UHGV virus genome: UHGV-0180691
Origin: a virus
Reading direction: 5' to 3' (one strand)
Length of the DNA stretch: 40,865 bases
The notes beneath the pieces were generated by a model, which had not been told where the DNA came from, ran no database searches, and saw nothing but the letters and a program-made list of their open reading frames with translations. Shown here piece by piece: positions 25,436 to 35,030 of this stretch (position 1 is the stretch's first letter; the number at the start of each line of letters is the position of its first letter). The position numbers and the translations under genes are program-made.

Positions 25436-26098
25436 ATGGCACGTGAGTCCAGACTGCGACGGGACCTGCCCGTCGATATCGATGTGGATGCCATCTGGCG
25501 GATAGCGGAACAGATCGGAGCCACCCAGAAACAGTTTCGGGCAGCATACTCCCGCGCGCTGAGGCGTACGGCGACCACCCTGCGCAAGAAAGCCGTTGCT
25601 GACATGAAGGACGGCCTGGCGCCGCGCAGTCTGGACCTGGTGCGCCGGCGCCTGCTTTCCTTTCGTCTTGATCGTGCTTCACAGTCAAAACTGGATAACT
25701 TTCGTCTCTGGTTCGGCCTGAATGCCATCAAGGTGAAAGACCTTAAAGGCCGGATAAACGGCCGCGTGAGGCCTCACCATACCCGGCGGGATAAATCCAC
25801 AGGGCGGTTTATGAAAGCGCGACGCCAGGCGGAAAACGCCGGATTTACGCCTAAGGGCAGTCTGCTTTCTGCACGCACGTTTGAAAACGGTGAGGTGACT
25901 CGCTCCCGCAGGGAGAACAGGCGGACGGTGGTTATTCGCGATCCGGATACCCGGCGGACCCGCGAAGCGGAAGTCGATATTTATGAGCCGATGCTGAACT
26001 ACATCGAAGATAACGCCTTTGCCGAGGCGATGGAGATTTTTATGCATCATTTTGAAACCGATCTGCGCGGGCGCGTGAAAGCCCGAATATCTGTCTGA
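25436..26098 (+). CDS. phage structural protein (head completion / neck, putative)
   Basis: ATG 25436 with GTGGAG RBS; 220 aa, basic; position between head and tail modules. Confidence 0.4.
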   Translation: MARESRLRRDLPVDIDVDAIWRIAEQIGATQKQFRAAYSRALRRTATTLRKKAVADMKDGLAPRSLDLVRRRLLSFRLDRASQSKLDNFRLWFGLNAIKVKDLKGRINGRVRPHHTRRDKSTGRFMKARRQAENAGFTPKGSLLSARTFENGEVTRSRRENRRTVVIRDPDTRRTREAEVDIYEPMLNYIEDNAFAEAMEIFMHHFETDLRGRVKARISV

Positions 26099-26106
26099 GG
26101 TGGACC

Positions 26107-26661
26107 ATGGCTGAGCCATTACTGCTGGGGCAGTATCACGATGCGGTCACCGGCGCGCTGAAAAACATTGCGTGGGTACGCGACGCCGATGCCTACCCGG
26201 AAAAAAACGTGCCCCGCTTTACCGGGCTGACCACTCCGGCGGTGTATTTCTCCATTAATGGCTGGGAGCAGGACGGAGGTAACGAAGGGCAGCTCAACGT
26301 CACCCTGTCCTGCGATTTGTATGTGGTGGTGGATGCGGCTGGCGCGGGCGTCAGCAGGCCGGAAATTTTCCTGCGTACGGCGGCCGCCGATATCACCCAG
26401 TGGATTGACGGCCAGTTGTTCGGCCTGACCAGTCTGGCGCCCGCCGTGTTTATCGATGCATCACGTGATGAGTTTGATCCGCGCATGGACGATTACCTGG
26501 TGTGGCGCATTTCCTTCACACAGTCAGCGGCATTTGGTGCGGATCCGTTTGCGCAGATCAATGCCCCGCTGAATGCCGTCTGGCTCGGTAAGGCACCAGA
26601 TATCGGCCGGGCACATGTGGACGATTATCAGCTGATTTACGAGGCGAAACCCGATGAGTGA
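26107..26661 (+). CDS. putative tail completion / sheath terminator protein
   Basis: 184 aa; position immediately upstream of baseplate/sheath genes; no motif verified. Confidence 0.4.
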   Translation: MAEPLLLGQYHDAVTGALKNIAWVRDADAYPEKNVPRFTGLTTPAVYFSINGWEQDGGNEGQLNVTLSCDLYVVVDAAGAGVSRPEIFLRTAAADITQWIDGQLFGLTSLAPAVFIDASRDEFDPRMDDYLVWRISFTQSAAFGADPFAQINAPLNAVWLGKAPDIGRAHVDDYQLIYEAKPDE

Positions 26662-27271
26662 TATCGAGGGCGATTTACAGCGCCGCCTGGCAAACATTGT
26701 CCGGCGCGGGGTTATTCATTCCGTTAAGCATGACGGTATACCGAAATGCCGGGTGGACCTGGGCGACATCACCACCACCTGGCTGCCGCTCTGCCAGGGC
26801 TTTTCGGGGACTAACCGGGCTGACTCCAATCCGTATGCGGTCGGGGATGCGGTCACGGTACTGTCGGAGGCGGGCGAGCTCAATAATGGCCGGGTGTTTC
26901 CCGGCTGGAATACCGGCGGTCTGCCGGTACCGGAAGGCAGCGGCAGCGAGCATATCACCCGCTACGGAGACGGTACCGAGATCCGCTATGACCGTGCCGC
27001 GCATGCCCTGACCATCACCCTGGCGGAAGGCGGTACCTACAAAATTATCGGGAAAGGCACGCTCGACGGTCCGGTGGAAATCACCGATACCCTGACTGTA
27101 CAGGGGAAAACGCAGATAAACGCCGACACGAACGTGGCCGGAAATATCGGTGCGACCCAGGAGATTTCGGACGGTACCGGGAAAATGAGCGGGATCCGTC
27201 AGACGTTCAATAACCATGATCACCGGGGAGACAGTGGTGGCATGACCGGGAAACCTAATCAGAAAATGTGA
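26654..27271 (+). CDS. baseplate spike/assembly protein V-like (gpV family)
   Basis: 205 aa; N-terminal LANIVRRGVIHSV...CRVDLGDITTTWLP and C-terminal HRGDSGGMTG resemble P2 gpV as I recall it. Confidence 0.6.
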   Translation: MSDIEGDLQRRLANIVRRGVIHSVKHDGIPKCRVDLGDITTTWLPLCQGFSGTNRADSNPYAVGDAVTVLSEAGELNNGRVFPGWNTGGLPVPEGSGSEHITRYGDGTEIRYDRAAHALTITLAEGGTYKIIGKGTLDGPVEITDTLTVQGKTQINADTNVAGNIGATQEISDGTGKMSGIRQTFNNHDHRGDSGGMTGKPNQKM

Positions 27272-27292
27272 CCTGCATCAGCAGGTTTTTTT
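27271..27292 (+). terminator. intrinsic terminator-like hairpin plus T7 between gpV-like and sheath genes
   Basis: ACCTGC-ATCA-GCAGGT followed by TTTTTTT directly upstream of sheath RBS. Confidence 0.5.
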
Positions 27293-27309
27293 ATGCCTGG
27301 AGAAAATTA

Positions 27310-28779
27310 ATGTCGAATTTACATGGTGTGGAAACGATCGAACTGACATCCGGCACGGTCGCGGTCATGACGATCCAGACGGCCATTATCGGCCTGGTGG
27401 GCACTGCGCCTGATGCCTCTGCCGGTACGCCAGCCAGTGCCAGCACGGGGACGCCAATCCTGGATAACGTTGTGGATTTTGCCGCGAAAATTGCCGGCAG
27501 GGCAGGAAACGTGGTGGTGGTTGAAGCTGTAGCCGGTATTCCCGATGCGGGGGATCCAGCGGAGGTGGGAACTTCCGCCATCTGGGATGCTACGGGGCTT
27601 AAGCTGACCATCACGCTTGGCTGTGATGAAGCTGGCAAGCTGACGGCTACTCCCGCAACTGTTGCTGCTGCCGTGAGGGCAGTCGCAGACGTGAAAGTAA
27701 ACGCAACGGGGGACGGTAGCGGTATTGTCTTACCGTTCAGTCTGCAGCTCGCTGGTGGCGAGGATGAGCCATTCCCCCTGAATACCCCGGTTGCAATTGT
27801 CGGTACCTCGATGCTCTCGCGTCTTGGGGACAAAGGCACGCTTAAGCAGGCGTTGACGGAAATCAACGACCAGCGAAATGCCCTGACCGTGGTAGTGCGT
27901 GTGGCGGAGGGGGCAGATGAAGCTGAGAAACGTGCAGCGGTGCTGGCCGGGATTGGCGCGCTGTCGTCGGCAAAATCCGTGACAACGTACCAGCCACGTA
28001 TCGTCATCGCACCGGGATTCAGTGAGGATGATGCGGTAGGCAAGGCACTGGAAACCGTTGCCGGCAAGCTGCGGGCTGTGGCGTATGTTGACTGTGAGTC
28101 CGGTGCCACGCTGCAGGAGGTTGTGCAGCGTCGCCAGTCTTATGGTACCCGCACCGAGCTGCTGCGTCCGCGTGTGCAGGTCAGCAACGCTGACGGTCAA
28201 CTTGTCTATCGTCCGTATTCTGCGTTTGCGGCGGGGCTGCGTGCCCGTATCGACTTTGAGAAGGGCTGGTGGTGGAGTAAATCCAACCAGGACATTAACA
28301 ACATCCTCGGCGTGGAGCAGATTGACGAGTTCATTCTGGGCGATGAAAACTGTGATGCGAATCTGCTCAACATGCAGAACGTGTCCACCATTATTCGCCG
28401 TGCAGGGTTTAAGCACTGGGGGAACCGCCTGTGCGGTACCAACCCGCAGTGGCGCTTTGAATCTGTTCGCCGTACCGCCGACGTCATCGAGGACAGTATC
28501 CAGGAAACGATGCTGGAGTACGTTGACCGCCCGCTGGACCGGGAAAACGCCGATGACATTATCGGCACCATCAATGCCTATATGCGCCAGCTGGTCGGGC
28601 TCGGTGCCATCTTCGGCGGACGTGCCTGGCTGGATGAGGAGCTTAACACCGCTGAGAGCATGGCGGCGGGCGTGCTGTACATCAACTATGACTTTGGTCC
28701 GAAATCGCCGACTGAGCTTATCAGCCTGCGCGTCCGGGTGAATAACAACTATGCGCTTGAGGAGATGCTGGCAGCATGA
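27310..28779 (+). CDS. contractile tail sheath protein
   Basis: ATG 27310 with GGAGAAAA RBS; about 490 aa; followed by tube, chaperone and tape-measure genes in canonical order. Confidence 0.8.
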   Translation: MSNLHGVETIELTSGTVAVMTIQTAIIGLVGTAPDASAGTPASASTGTPILDNVVDFAAKIAGRAGNVVVVEAVAGIPDAGDPAEVGTSAIWDATGLKLTITLGCDEAGKLTATPATVAAAVRAVADVKVNATGDGSGIVLPFSLQLAGGEDEPFPLNTPVAIVGTSMLSRLGDKGTLKQALTEINDQRNALTVVVRVAEGADEAEKRAAVLAGIGALSSAKSVTTYQPRIVIAPGFSEDDAVGKALETVAGKLRAVAYVDCESGATLQEVVQRRQSYGTRTELLRPRVQVSNADGQLVYRPYSAFAAGLRARIDFEKGWWWSKSNQDINNILGVEQIDEFILGDENCDANLLNMQNVSTIIRRAGFKHWGNRLCGTNPQWRFESVRRTADVIEDSIQETMLEYVDRPLDRENADDIIGTINAYMRQLVGLGAIFGGRAWLDEELNTAESMAAGVLYINYDFGPKSPTELISLRVRVNNNYALEEMLAA

Positions 28780-29282
28780 GCGAAAAAAACACACTACGCG
28801 TCTGGACCTTCTTCCGGCAGGGGGTCCGCATACAGGGGGCGCATGAATTCACCCCACCGACACTGTCCATTGTCAAAACTGATTTGCGTACCGGCGCGCA
28901 GGATGCGCCGTCCCCCGTGGATGACGGCATGGAGGCCCTGACCTGTCAGCTGAAATTCTACGGTATGGATACGGACATGCTGACCGCCTTCGGTTTTGTA
29001 AGCGGCAGCCGCCCGCGCTTTACGGCCTATCAGGGCTATCTGGCGAACGGTACCGCGCTTGGCACCGTCGAGGAGATCGAAGGCTTTGTGCAGACCGTTA
29101 CGCCGGATGCGCGGGGCAAGGACAATCTGTCCGAGAACGCCATCACGGTGGAAATCGCGGTGAGCTATTACCGCCAGACCAAAGACGGCAGGGAGCTTTT
29201 TGCTATTGATACCGAGCGCTTCGCGCGCCGGGTGAATGGTGTTGATGTACTGTCTGGACTGGCGGCGAAGGTCCGCCTCTGA
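28776..29282 (+). CDS. tail tube protein
   Basis: 168 aa directly after sheath, GAGGAG RBS; followed by terminator. Confidence 0.7.
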   Translation: MSEKNTLRVWTFFRQGVRIQGAHEFTPPTLSIVKTDLRTGAQDAPSPVDDGMEALTCQLKFYGMDTDMLTAFGFVSGSRPRFTAYQGYLANGTALGTVEEIEGFVQTVTPDARGKDNLSENAITVEIAVSYYRQTKDGRELFAIDTERFARRVNGVDVLSGLAAKVRL

Positions 29283-29301
29283 TTTTTCAACTGAACATAC
29301 C

Positions 29302-29324
29302 AACGGCCTGCGGGCCGTTTTTAC
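29302..29324 (+). terminator. rho-independent terminator after tail tube gene
   Basis: Stem CGGCC / GGCCG with short loop followed by T5. Confidence 0.55.
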
Positions 29325-29340
29325 TTTTTAAGGATTATTT

Positions 29341-29628
29341 ATGAGTTTTCCCGGTGAAACCCGCGTGATCAAACTGTATTCCCCTGTTTCGATTGAGAAC
29401 GGTGGCTTACTCGAACAGGTGACGATACGCGAACCGCTGGTGCGTGACCGCATCGCTTTTTCCAAAGACCACGGCAGTGAAGAAGAAAAAGAAGCGCGCA
29501 TGATTGCGTTATTGTGCAACCTCAGCGAGCAGGATATCTGGCAGCTCACAGCGGCGGATTATGCGCAGCTGCTGGACGCATTTAATGTTTTTATGCTCCC
29601 GCCCGCGGATCGACCGAAAGAGGTCTGA
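29341..29628 (+). CDS. tail assembly chaperone (P2 gpE-like)
   Basis: 95 aa acidic protein between tube and tape-measure genes; a 46-codon ORF in the -1 frame overlaps its 3' end. Confidence 0.6.
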   Translation: MSFPGETRVIKLYSPVSIENGGLLEQVTIREPLVRDRIAFSKDHGSEEEKEARMIALLCNLSEQDIWQLTAADYAQLLDAFNVFMLPPADRPKEV

Positions 29629-29768
29629 TGCGGGCGATACGCTTTCTCGGGCGGCGCCTGCATTTTCCCATGGCGGAATACCTGGACATGCCATTCAGTG
29701 TGTTTTCTGATTTTCTCACCGACGAAGTGGAGGCGGTAAATCGTGGCCGGATTAAGCCAGAACCTTAA
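29628..29768 (+). CDS. -1 frame extension ORF downstream of tail chaperone (E'-like; candidate programmed frameshift product)
   Basis: Hand translation MRAIRFLGRRLHFPMAEYLDMPFSVFSDFLTDEVEAVNRGRIKPEP; frame open from 29586; overlaps chaperone 3' end and tape-measure 5' end. Confidence 0.35.
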   Translation: MRAIRFLGRRLHFPMAEYLDMPFSVFSDFLTDEVEAVNRGRIKPEP

Positions 29769-31416
29769 GGCCGTCATTACCTTTGGCGGCAATATCGACA
29801 GCTCCTGGAGCCGTTCAGCGAACGGTTTGCAAAAGAGCCTGAAGGATGTCGGAAAGCAGTCAGAAAAACTGAGCAAAGACCAGGCTAAGCTGGCGGCGGA
29901 GATTAAGAAAGCAAAGCTTGCCGGGCAGAGCCTGGGCGATCTGAAACGCCGTTACAGCGATGTGTCCCGTGAAATCCGTAAAACGGAGTCCGAACAGCAG
30001 AAGCTGAACCAGCAGATGCAGAAGGCGCAGCGGCTGGCGTCATTTAAGGGGGCAGGTAAAGGATTGTTTCGCCGCGGTCTGGGTATCGCCGGACAGCTGG
30101 GCGGCATGGTGGCACCGGGGCTGGCGATCGGCGGCGGCGGGGTTGTGGCCTCCGCACTGGGCACTCTGATTGCCCCGGCGGCCACCAACGCGGAAACGGC
30201 CAGACGCGCCGGCGTGGCGAAAAGCTATGGCGTCGATATCCCGACGTTTGATGCATGGGACACCCTCGCAAAACAGTACGACATGAACGGAGAGAATATC
30301 GGCGATCTGTTTGAGGAGTATCTGCACAAGGCGGGGGAGTACAAGCAGAACGGCAAACAGGGCTCACTGCAGGATGCGTTTGAAACGCTGGGCTTCAAAG
30401 CCGGCGACTTTGCCGGCCTGAGCGATATGGCGCAGTTTGAAAGAATCGTCGAGCGTGCGCTCAGTCTGCAGGATGAGTCAAAAGCTTCGTTTGCTCTTGA
30501 TTCGCTGTTTGGCGGCGAGGCCAGCAAGCTGCTGATGCTACTGAAGCAGTCCGGGAAAAGTTACCGCGACCTGATGGACGAGCAGCGTCGGTATAACCTC
30601 GTCACGAAAGAGGGGGCTGAAGGCGCGATGGCGGGCAATCGTGCCATTACTAATCTGCAGACCGTTTTCTCTTCTGCACTGGCGGAAATCTCCGGCCAGC
30701 TCGGTAACGAACTGGCGCCGGATATCCGACGCCTGACTGACGATATGGCGGAGTGGTTTAAAGGCGGGGGGATCAAACGCATCGTCAGTTTTCTACGCAA
30801 TGATCTCTACCCAGGCGTGCTGACGTTCGGGCAGGGGATCGTTTTCGTCGGGAAAGTGGCGTATGCGCTGGCGAAAAAACTGTCCTGGTTGTTGCCGGAT
30901 GAGCGAAGCGATCAGCGTGATGTGCTCAAATCGCTGGCCATGACCGGCTCGGTCGATATCGCCCGCATGACGGCGCAGCGTAACGGCCAGGGAGAGTGGT
31001 TCGAACAGCAGCTCAAAGAAAAACCGGGTCTGCCGGACGATGTGAAAAAATCGTACCGGGATACGCGAGGTATCTTCAGTGATGACAATGAAGGCTTTGA
31101 TAAATCACTGGATAAATATCTGACACCGGAAAACAGCGGACCGCTGTTTGGCCTGGATAGGGCTCAGAGCAATAGCGCGTCGGCTTCAGGCGACGGAGGT
31201 TACTGGGATGCACTTCTCCAGCGCCTTGATACAGCCGACCAGCAGCCACAGGCAAGGCAGCTTACTGACAACCGGAAATTCGAATACCGTTTCGAAATTA
31301 ACGGAGCACCCGGACAAAGCGAGCAAGGTATAGCTGATGCGGTCGAGGGGGTGACGAAAACCAGCCCGGCGTTTACGGGTAACAGCAGCATGATGGACGG
31401 AGGACAAATCTGGTGA
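29743..31416 (+). CDS. tail tape measure protein
   Basis: GTG 29743 with GGAGG RBS; 557 aa; coiled-coil-rich N-terminus, Gly-rich hydrophobic segment (GIAGQLGGMVAPGLAIGGGGVVASALG); position after chaperone. Confidence 0.75.
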   Translation: MAGLSQNLKAVITFGGNIDSSWSRSANGLQKSLKDVGKQSEKLSKDQAKLAAEIKKAKLAGQSLGDLKRRYSDVSREIRKTESEQQKLNQQMQKAQRLASFKGAGKGLFRRGLGIAGQLGGMVAPGLAIGGGGVVASALGTLIAPAATNAETARRAGVAKSYGVDIPTFDAWDTLAKQYDMNGENIGDLFEEYLHKAGEYKQNGKQGSLQDAFETLGFKAGDFAGLSDMAQFERIVERALSLQDESKASFALDSLFGGEASKLLMLLKQSGKSYRDLMDEQRRYNLVTKEGAEGAMAGNRAITNLQTVFSSALAEISGQLGNELAPDIRRLTDDMAEWFKGGGIKRIVSFLRNDLYPGVLTFGQGIVFVGKVAYALAKKLSWLLPDERSDQRDVLKSLAMTGSVDIARMTAQRNGQGEWFEQQLKEKPGLPDDVKKSYRDTRGIFSDDNEGFDKSLDKYLTPENSGPLFGLDRAQSNSASASGDGGYWDALLQRLDTADQQPQARQLTDNRKFEYRFEINGAPGQSEQGIADAVEGVTKTSPAFTGNSSMMDGGQIW

Positions 31417-31883
31417 GTGAAATCGTTCCGGTCTATGAAGACTTCGGACAGTCGTGGTCCGGCGCTGTCCGTGGCGCACAGGCCGCCCGAGTGATGATGA
31501 TGCTGGGCGACTTTGCCTTTTCGATTGATACCACCGCGTACAGCCAACTGACCCGTGAGGCCAGCTGGCGCTGGAGTGAGCAGGAGCGGATCGGTAAACA
31601 GGATTTACTGCAGTATACCGGCAAGCCCGGGCGAACGGTTCGGCTTGAAGGGGAGTCGCATGCTTTCTTCCGCAAGGGGGTGGATGCCGTCAACGATCTC
31701 TTCGACCTCGCAGATCAGAATAAGCCACAACAACTGGTCAGCGGCGAAGGGGATGTGCTTGGCTGGTGGGTGGTTATCGACTTCTCCGACACAACCAGCC
31801 GTTTCCTGCCAGGCGGTGGCCACCGAAATAAAAACTGGACGATGACGCTGAAACATTATGCCGACGACATATCAAACCCGTGA
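31413..31883 (+). CDS. tail protein U-like (gpU family)
   Basis: 156 aa; GTG start overlapping tape-measure stop; position and size as P2 U / R-pyocin U-like. Confidence 0.55.
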   Translation: MSEIVPVYEDFGQSWSGAVRGAQAARVMMMLGDFAFSIDTTAYSQLTREASWRWSEQERIGKQDLLQYTGKPGRTVRLEGESHAFFRKGVDAVNDLFDLADQNKPQQLVSGEGDVLGWWVVIDFSDTTSRFLPGGGHRNKNWTMTLKHYADDISNP

Positions 31884-32073
31884 CGGTGATGTGCTTGATG
31901 CAGTCTGTGCGACACATTACGGCACGGAAAACCTTTCTTATATTGTGACTCAGGTGCTTGAAGCGAATCCGGGACTGGCTGACATCGGTGCCGTTTACCC
32001 GTCTGACCTCTATATCATCCTGCCTGATCTGGCGCCGCCGGTTCAGGATTCTGCATTTAGTCTGTGGGATTAA
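31858..32073 (+). CDS. tail protein X-like (LysM-like domain)
   Basis: 71 aa; GDVLDAVC...YG...VLEANPGLADIGAV resembles P2 gpX/LysM as I recall it; positioned between U-like and D-like genes as in R-type pyocin clusters. Confidence 0.6.
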   Translation: MPTTYQTRDGDVLDAVCATHYGTENLSYIVTQVLEANPGLADIGAVYPSDLYIILPDLAPPVQDSAFSLWD

Positions 32074-32074
32074 T

Positions 32075-33193
32075 ATGACTGAACAGATTGTTAAACCGGA
32101 ATATGCACCTGCTTTCAGCATCAACGCGGAGGGAAAAGATATTACCCGCGCGCTGCAGCAAAGCCTGTCGGAGCTGACGCTGACGGATTATGGCGGCGCT
32201 ACGGCAAAGGCGGATGAACTGAAAATCACGCTGCTGTCCGAAACGTTGCCTCTGCCGGTGAAAGGGGCACGGTTACGCGTGGCGCTGGGTTTTAACGACC
32301 AACTGGTGGATAAGGGCTGGTTTGTGGTGTCCGGCGTGGGCAGCAGTGGCCCGCCACGTCGTATAGAGATTTATGCCACTGCCGCGCCCATGAATGCACA
32401 GAAACAGCCTGGCGATGTGCTCAGCCAGAAAACGCGCAGCTGGGATAACCTGCGACTTGCGGATCTGGTTAAAACCGTGGCCACCGAAAACGGTCTGGTG
32501 CCGAAAGTGGCCACAGAGCTTGCAGACATCCACATTGACCATGTTGATCAGGTTGCAGAATCCGACGCGAACCTGCTGACCCGCCTTGCCCGAACGTGGA
32601 ACGCTGTCAGCAAACCCTCAGGCGGTTACTGGCTTTTTTTGCGCCAGGGTGCAACCGCGAAAGCCTCCGGAGAGCAGACCGGCGCTCTGGTTATCACACC
32701 AGAACAGGTATCAAACTGGTCGTACAACGAAGGTGAACGGGGGAGTTCGACAGGAAAGGCCACCGGCAGTGGCGGTAAGTCCTCGGGTAAAATTGGCGTT
32801 CGGTATTACGATGAGGCTGACGGAAAGACCAAAACCACCACGGTCGATCATGACGGTCCCTCAATGGCGAACCCGTATACCCAGCCGGTGAAGGACACCG
32901 CTGACCAGCAGGCAAAGTCAAAAAAAACGCAGGCACAGCGCAATGAGCAAAAAATGACGGTTACTGGTCCTTGCCGCCCTGAACATGTCCCTCTCACCGC
33001 AGAATCCGGCGTATCCACGTCCGGCTTTGGTGAGCGGGAAGATCGTGCCTGGGTGGTGGAGTCGCTGGTTTACTCCCTGACACCCGGCGGCTTCAGCTAC
33101 ACGTACAACCTGGTGGTTGATATTCGCAAGCCTGCGAAATCCTCTAAAAAATCCGGCAGCAAGGATAAAACTGGACCGGATTACTTCGGCTAA
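32075..33193 (+). CDS. baseplate hub protein (P2 gpD-like / late control D family)
   Basis: ATG 32075; 372 aa; position after U/X; Gly/Ser/Lys-rich internal linker. Confidence 0.7.
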   Translation: MTEQIVKPEYAPAFSINAEGKDITRALQQSLSELTLTDYGGATAKADELKITLLSETLPLPVKGARLRVALGFNDQLVDKGWFVVSGVGSSGPPRRIEIYATAAPMNAQKQPGDVLSQKTRSWDNLRLADLVKTVATENGLVPKVATELADIHIDHVDQVAESDANLLTRLARTWNAVSKPSGGYWLFLRQGATAKASGEQTGALVITPEQVSNWSYNEGERGSSTGKATGSGGKSSGKIGVRYYDEADGKTKTTTVDHDGPSMANPYTQPVKDTADQQAKSKKTQAQRNEQKMTVTGPCRPEHVPLTAESGVSTSGFGEREDRAWVVESLVYSLTPGGFSYTYNLVVDIRKPAKSSKKSGSKDKTGPDYFG

Positions 33194-33232
33194 CTTACCG
33201 CCACCCGGCGGACCTGATACGGAAAAAATACT

Positions 33233-33580
33233 ATGAACGGCGTAAACAGCTGGACGGGTAAACGCCTGTCCGGTACCGACCATTTGCGTCAGTCGGTCAG
33301 CGACATCCTCTCAACCCCGGTAGGTAGCCGGGTGCTTGTCCGTGATTATGGCAGCAACCTGTTTTCGCTGGTGGACAACCCCCGAGATGACCTTACGCGG
33401 CTACGTATTATCGCAGCGACCGCCTCGGCGCTGGCGAGATGGGAGCCGCGGCTGAAGGTCACGCGCGTGGTCGTCTCTTTCCCGGCAACTGAAACGGGGT
33501 GTGTGGTGGATATTGAAGGGATCAACAAAGAGAACAATCTTCCTATCAGCACCGGAGGCATACCGATATATGGCAAGTAG
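33233..33580 (+). CDS. baseplate assembly protein W (gpW/gp25-like)
   Basis: 115 aa, the typical gpW size; followed by J- and I-like genes. Confidence 0.75.
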   Translation: MNGVNSWTGKRLSGTDHLRQSVSDILSTPVGSRVLVRDYGSNLFSLVDNPRDDLTRLRIIAATASALARWEPRLKVTRVVVSFPATETGCVVDIEGINKENNLPISTGGIPIYGK

Positions 33581-34484
33581 TTATGACGTAATTAACCTGT
33601 CCGCCCTGGCGGTACCGGATGCCATCGTGGTTCCGGATGCTGCAGATATTTTTACCCGCTGGCTGGCACGCCTGCGCGAACTGGATCCGGTATTTGATGC
33701 GCTGGTGGAATCTGATCCGGCGTTTAAACAGGGTGAAATCAATGCCTACCAGCTCGCCCTGGCGTTTCAGCGAGTCAATGACGCGGTACGCGCAGTTTTC
33801 CTTGCCAGCGCAAGAGGGGCCGATCTCGACCAGATTGGCGCGGGCTTTAACGTTTCCCGTCTGGTGATAAATCCCGGAGATCCGGATGCTGTGCCACCTG
33901 TCGATCCTGTTTATGAAGATGATGACGCTTTTCGTGAGCGTATACAGCTTTCATGGGCACAACTGAATACGGCAGGCGCGCGCAATGCATACCGCTTCCA
34001 TGCCAAATCAGCAGATAACGATGTGCTGGATGCGGATGCTTACGGACCGGAGACGCATAACCGACCGGGGGAAGTAGACGTCTACGTCCTGTCGCGAACC
34101 GGGAATGGTGAGGCCAGCCCCAGCCTGACAGAAAAAGTGATGAGCGAACTGAGCGCCGATGAGGTCAGGCCTCTGACTGATTATGTAAGCGTAAAAAGCG
34201 CCACCATTGTCAACTATGCGGTAACGGCTGAACTGGATATACCTGACGGACCGGATGCACAGACGGTGCTGGAACATGCCATCAGCACGCTGACAAGCTA
34301 CACCCGGCTTGCGCATCGCATAAACGGCCTCGTACCGCTTTCCGCGATTTACGCAGCACTCCAGCAGCCCGGCGTCACAAGAGTCAGGCTGATAAGTCCG
34401 GTCGCAGATCTGGAAGCAGCCGCGGGGCAGGCTCCCTGGTGCAGTGCGATAAACGTCACCCGCAAAGGAGGGTCCGGTGGATAA
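33570..34484 (+). CDS. baseplate assembly protein J-like
   Basis: ATG 33570 with GGAGG RBS overlapping W; about 305 aa; followed by I-like gene with overlapping start. Confidence 0.75.
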   Translation: MASSYDVINLSALAVPDAIVVPDAADIFTRWLARLRELDPVFDALVESDPAFKQGEINAYQLALAFQRVNDAVRAVFLASARGADLDQIGAGFNVSRLVINPGDPDAVPPVDPVYEDDDAFRERIQLSWAQLNTAGARNAYRFHAKSADNDVLDADAYGPETHNRPGEVDVYVLSRTGNGEASPSLTEKVMSELSADEVRPLTDYVSVKSATIVNYAVTAELDIPDGPDAQTVLEHAISTLTSYTRLAHRINGLVPLSAIYAALQQPGVTRVRLISPVADLEAAAGQAPWCSAINVTRKGGSGG

Positions 34485-35028
34485 ATTTCGCTCCCTGCTA
34501 CCGCCCTCCGCCATCCAGCCAGAGCGGGCACTGGAGCAGGCCAGTTCGGAGCAGATCACAGCGCTGGATACGGGCATGGTGCGTAAGGTGAAAGACCCCG
34601 ATACCTGTCCGGCGCATTTGTTGCCCTGGCTTGCCTGGGAATTTTCGGTTGATTCCTGGGAAGACGCCTGGACTGAGGCTGAAAAGCGGCAGGTGATTAA
34701 GGATGCCGCATATGTTCATCAGCATCGCGGTACTGCCGGCGCTGTCAGGCGGTCACTGAGCGCTGTCAGTCTCCCAACTACCGTGGTGGAGTGGTGGGAG
34801 GATCTGCCGCGTAAGGCTCCCTACACCTTCCGCATTGAGGTTTACAGCCTTCAGGAAGTTGATGACGCGCTGTATCAGCGTATCCGGCGGCAGGTCGATA
34901 AAGCGAAGAACCTGAGGAGTCTGTTGACCTCTATTGACGTGATTGCGGATCTGGGCGCCATGGGAACTTATTACACCGGCGGTGCTGTCACCGCCTGGAT
35001 TGATATTGATATTGAGGCAGGAGTTTAG
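34477..35028 (+). CDS. tail protein I-like (baseplate wedge)
   Basis: 183 aa; GTG start with AAGGAGGG RBS; immediately upstream of tail fiber gene. Confidence 0.7.
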   Translation: MDKFRSLLPPSAIQPERALEQASSEQITALDTGMVRKVKDPDTCPAHLLPWLAWEFSVDSWEDAWTEAEKRQVIKDAAYVHQHRGTAGAVRRSLSAVSLPTTVVEWWEDLPRKAPYTFRIEVYSLQEVDDALYQRIRRQVDKAKNLRSLLTSIDVIADLGAMGTYYTGGAVTAWIDIDIEAGV

Positions 35029-35030
35029 CC

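Noticed and set aside
27291-28794. Two long minus-strand ORFs (272 and 354 aa) antisense to the sheath gene
   Set aside because: Low-complexity Ala/Ser/Thr-rich translations typical of antisense frames of GC-rich genes; the plus-strand sheath call explains the region.
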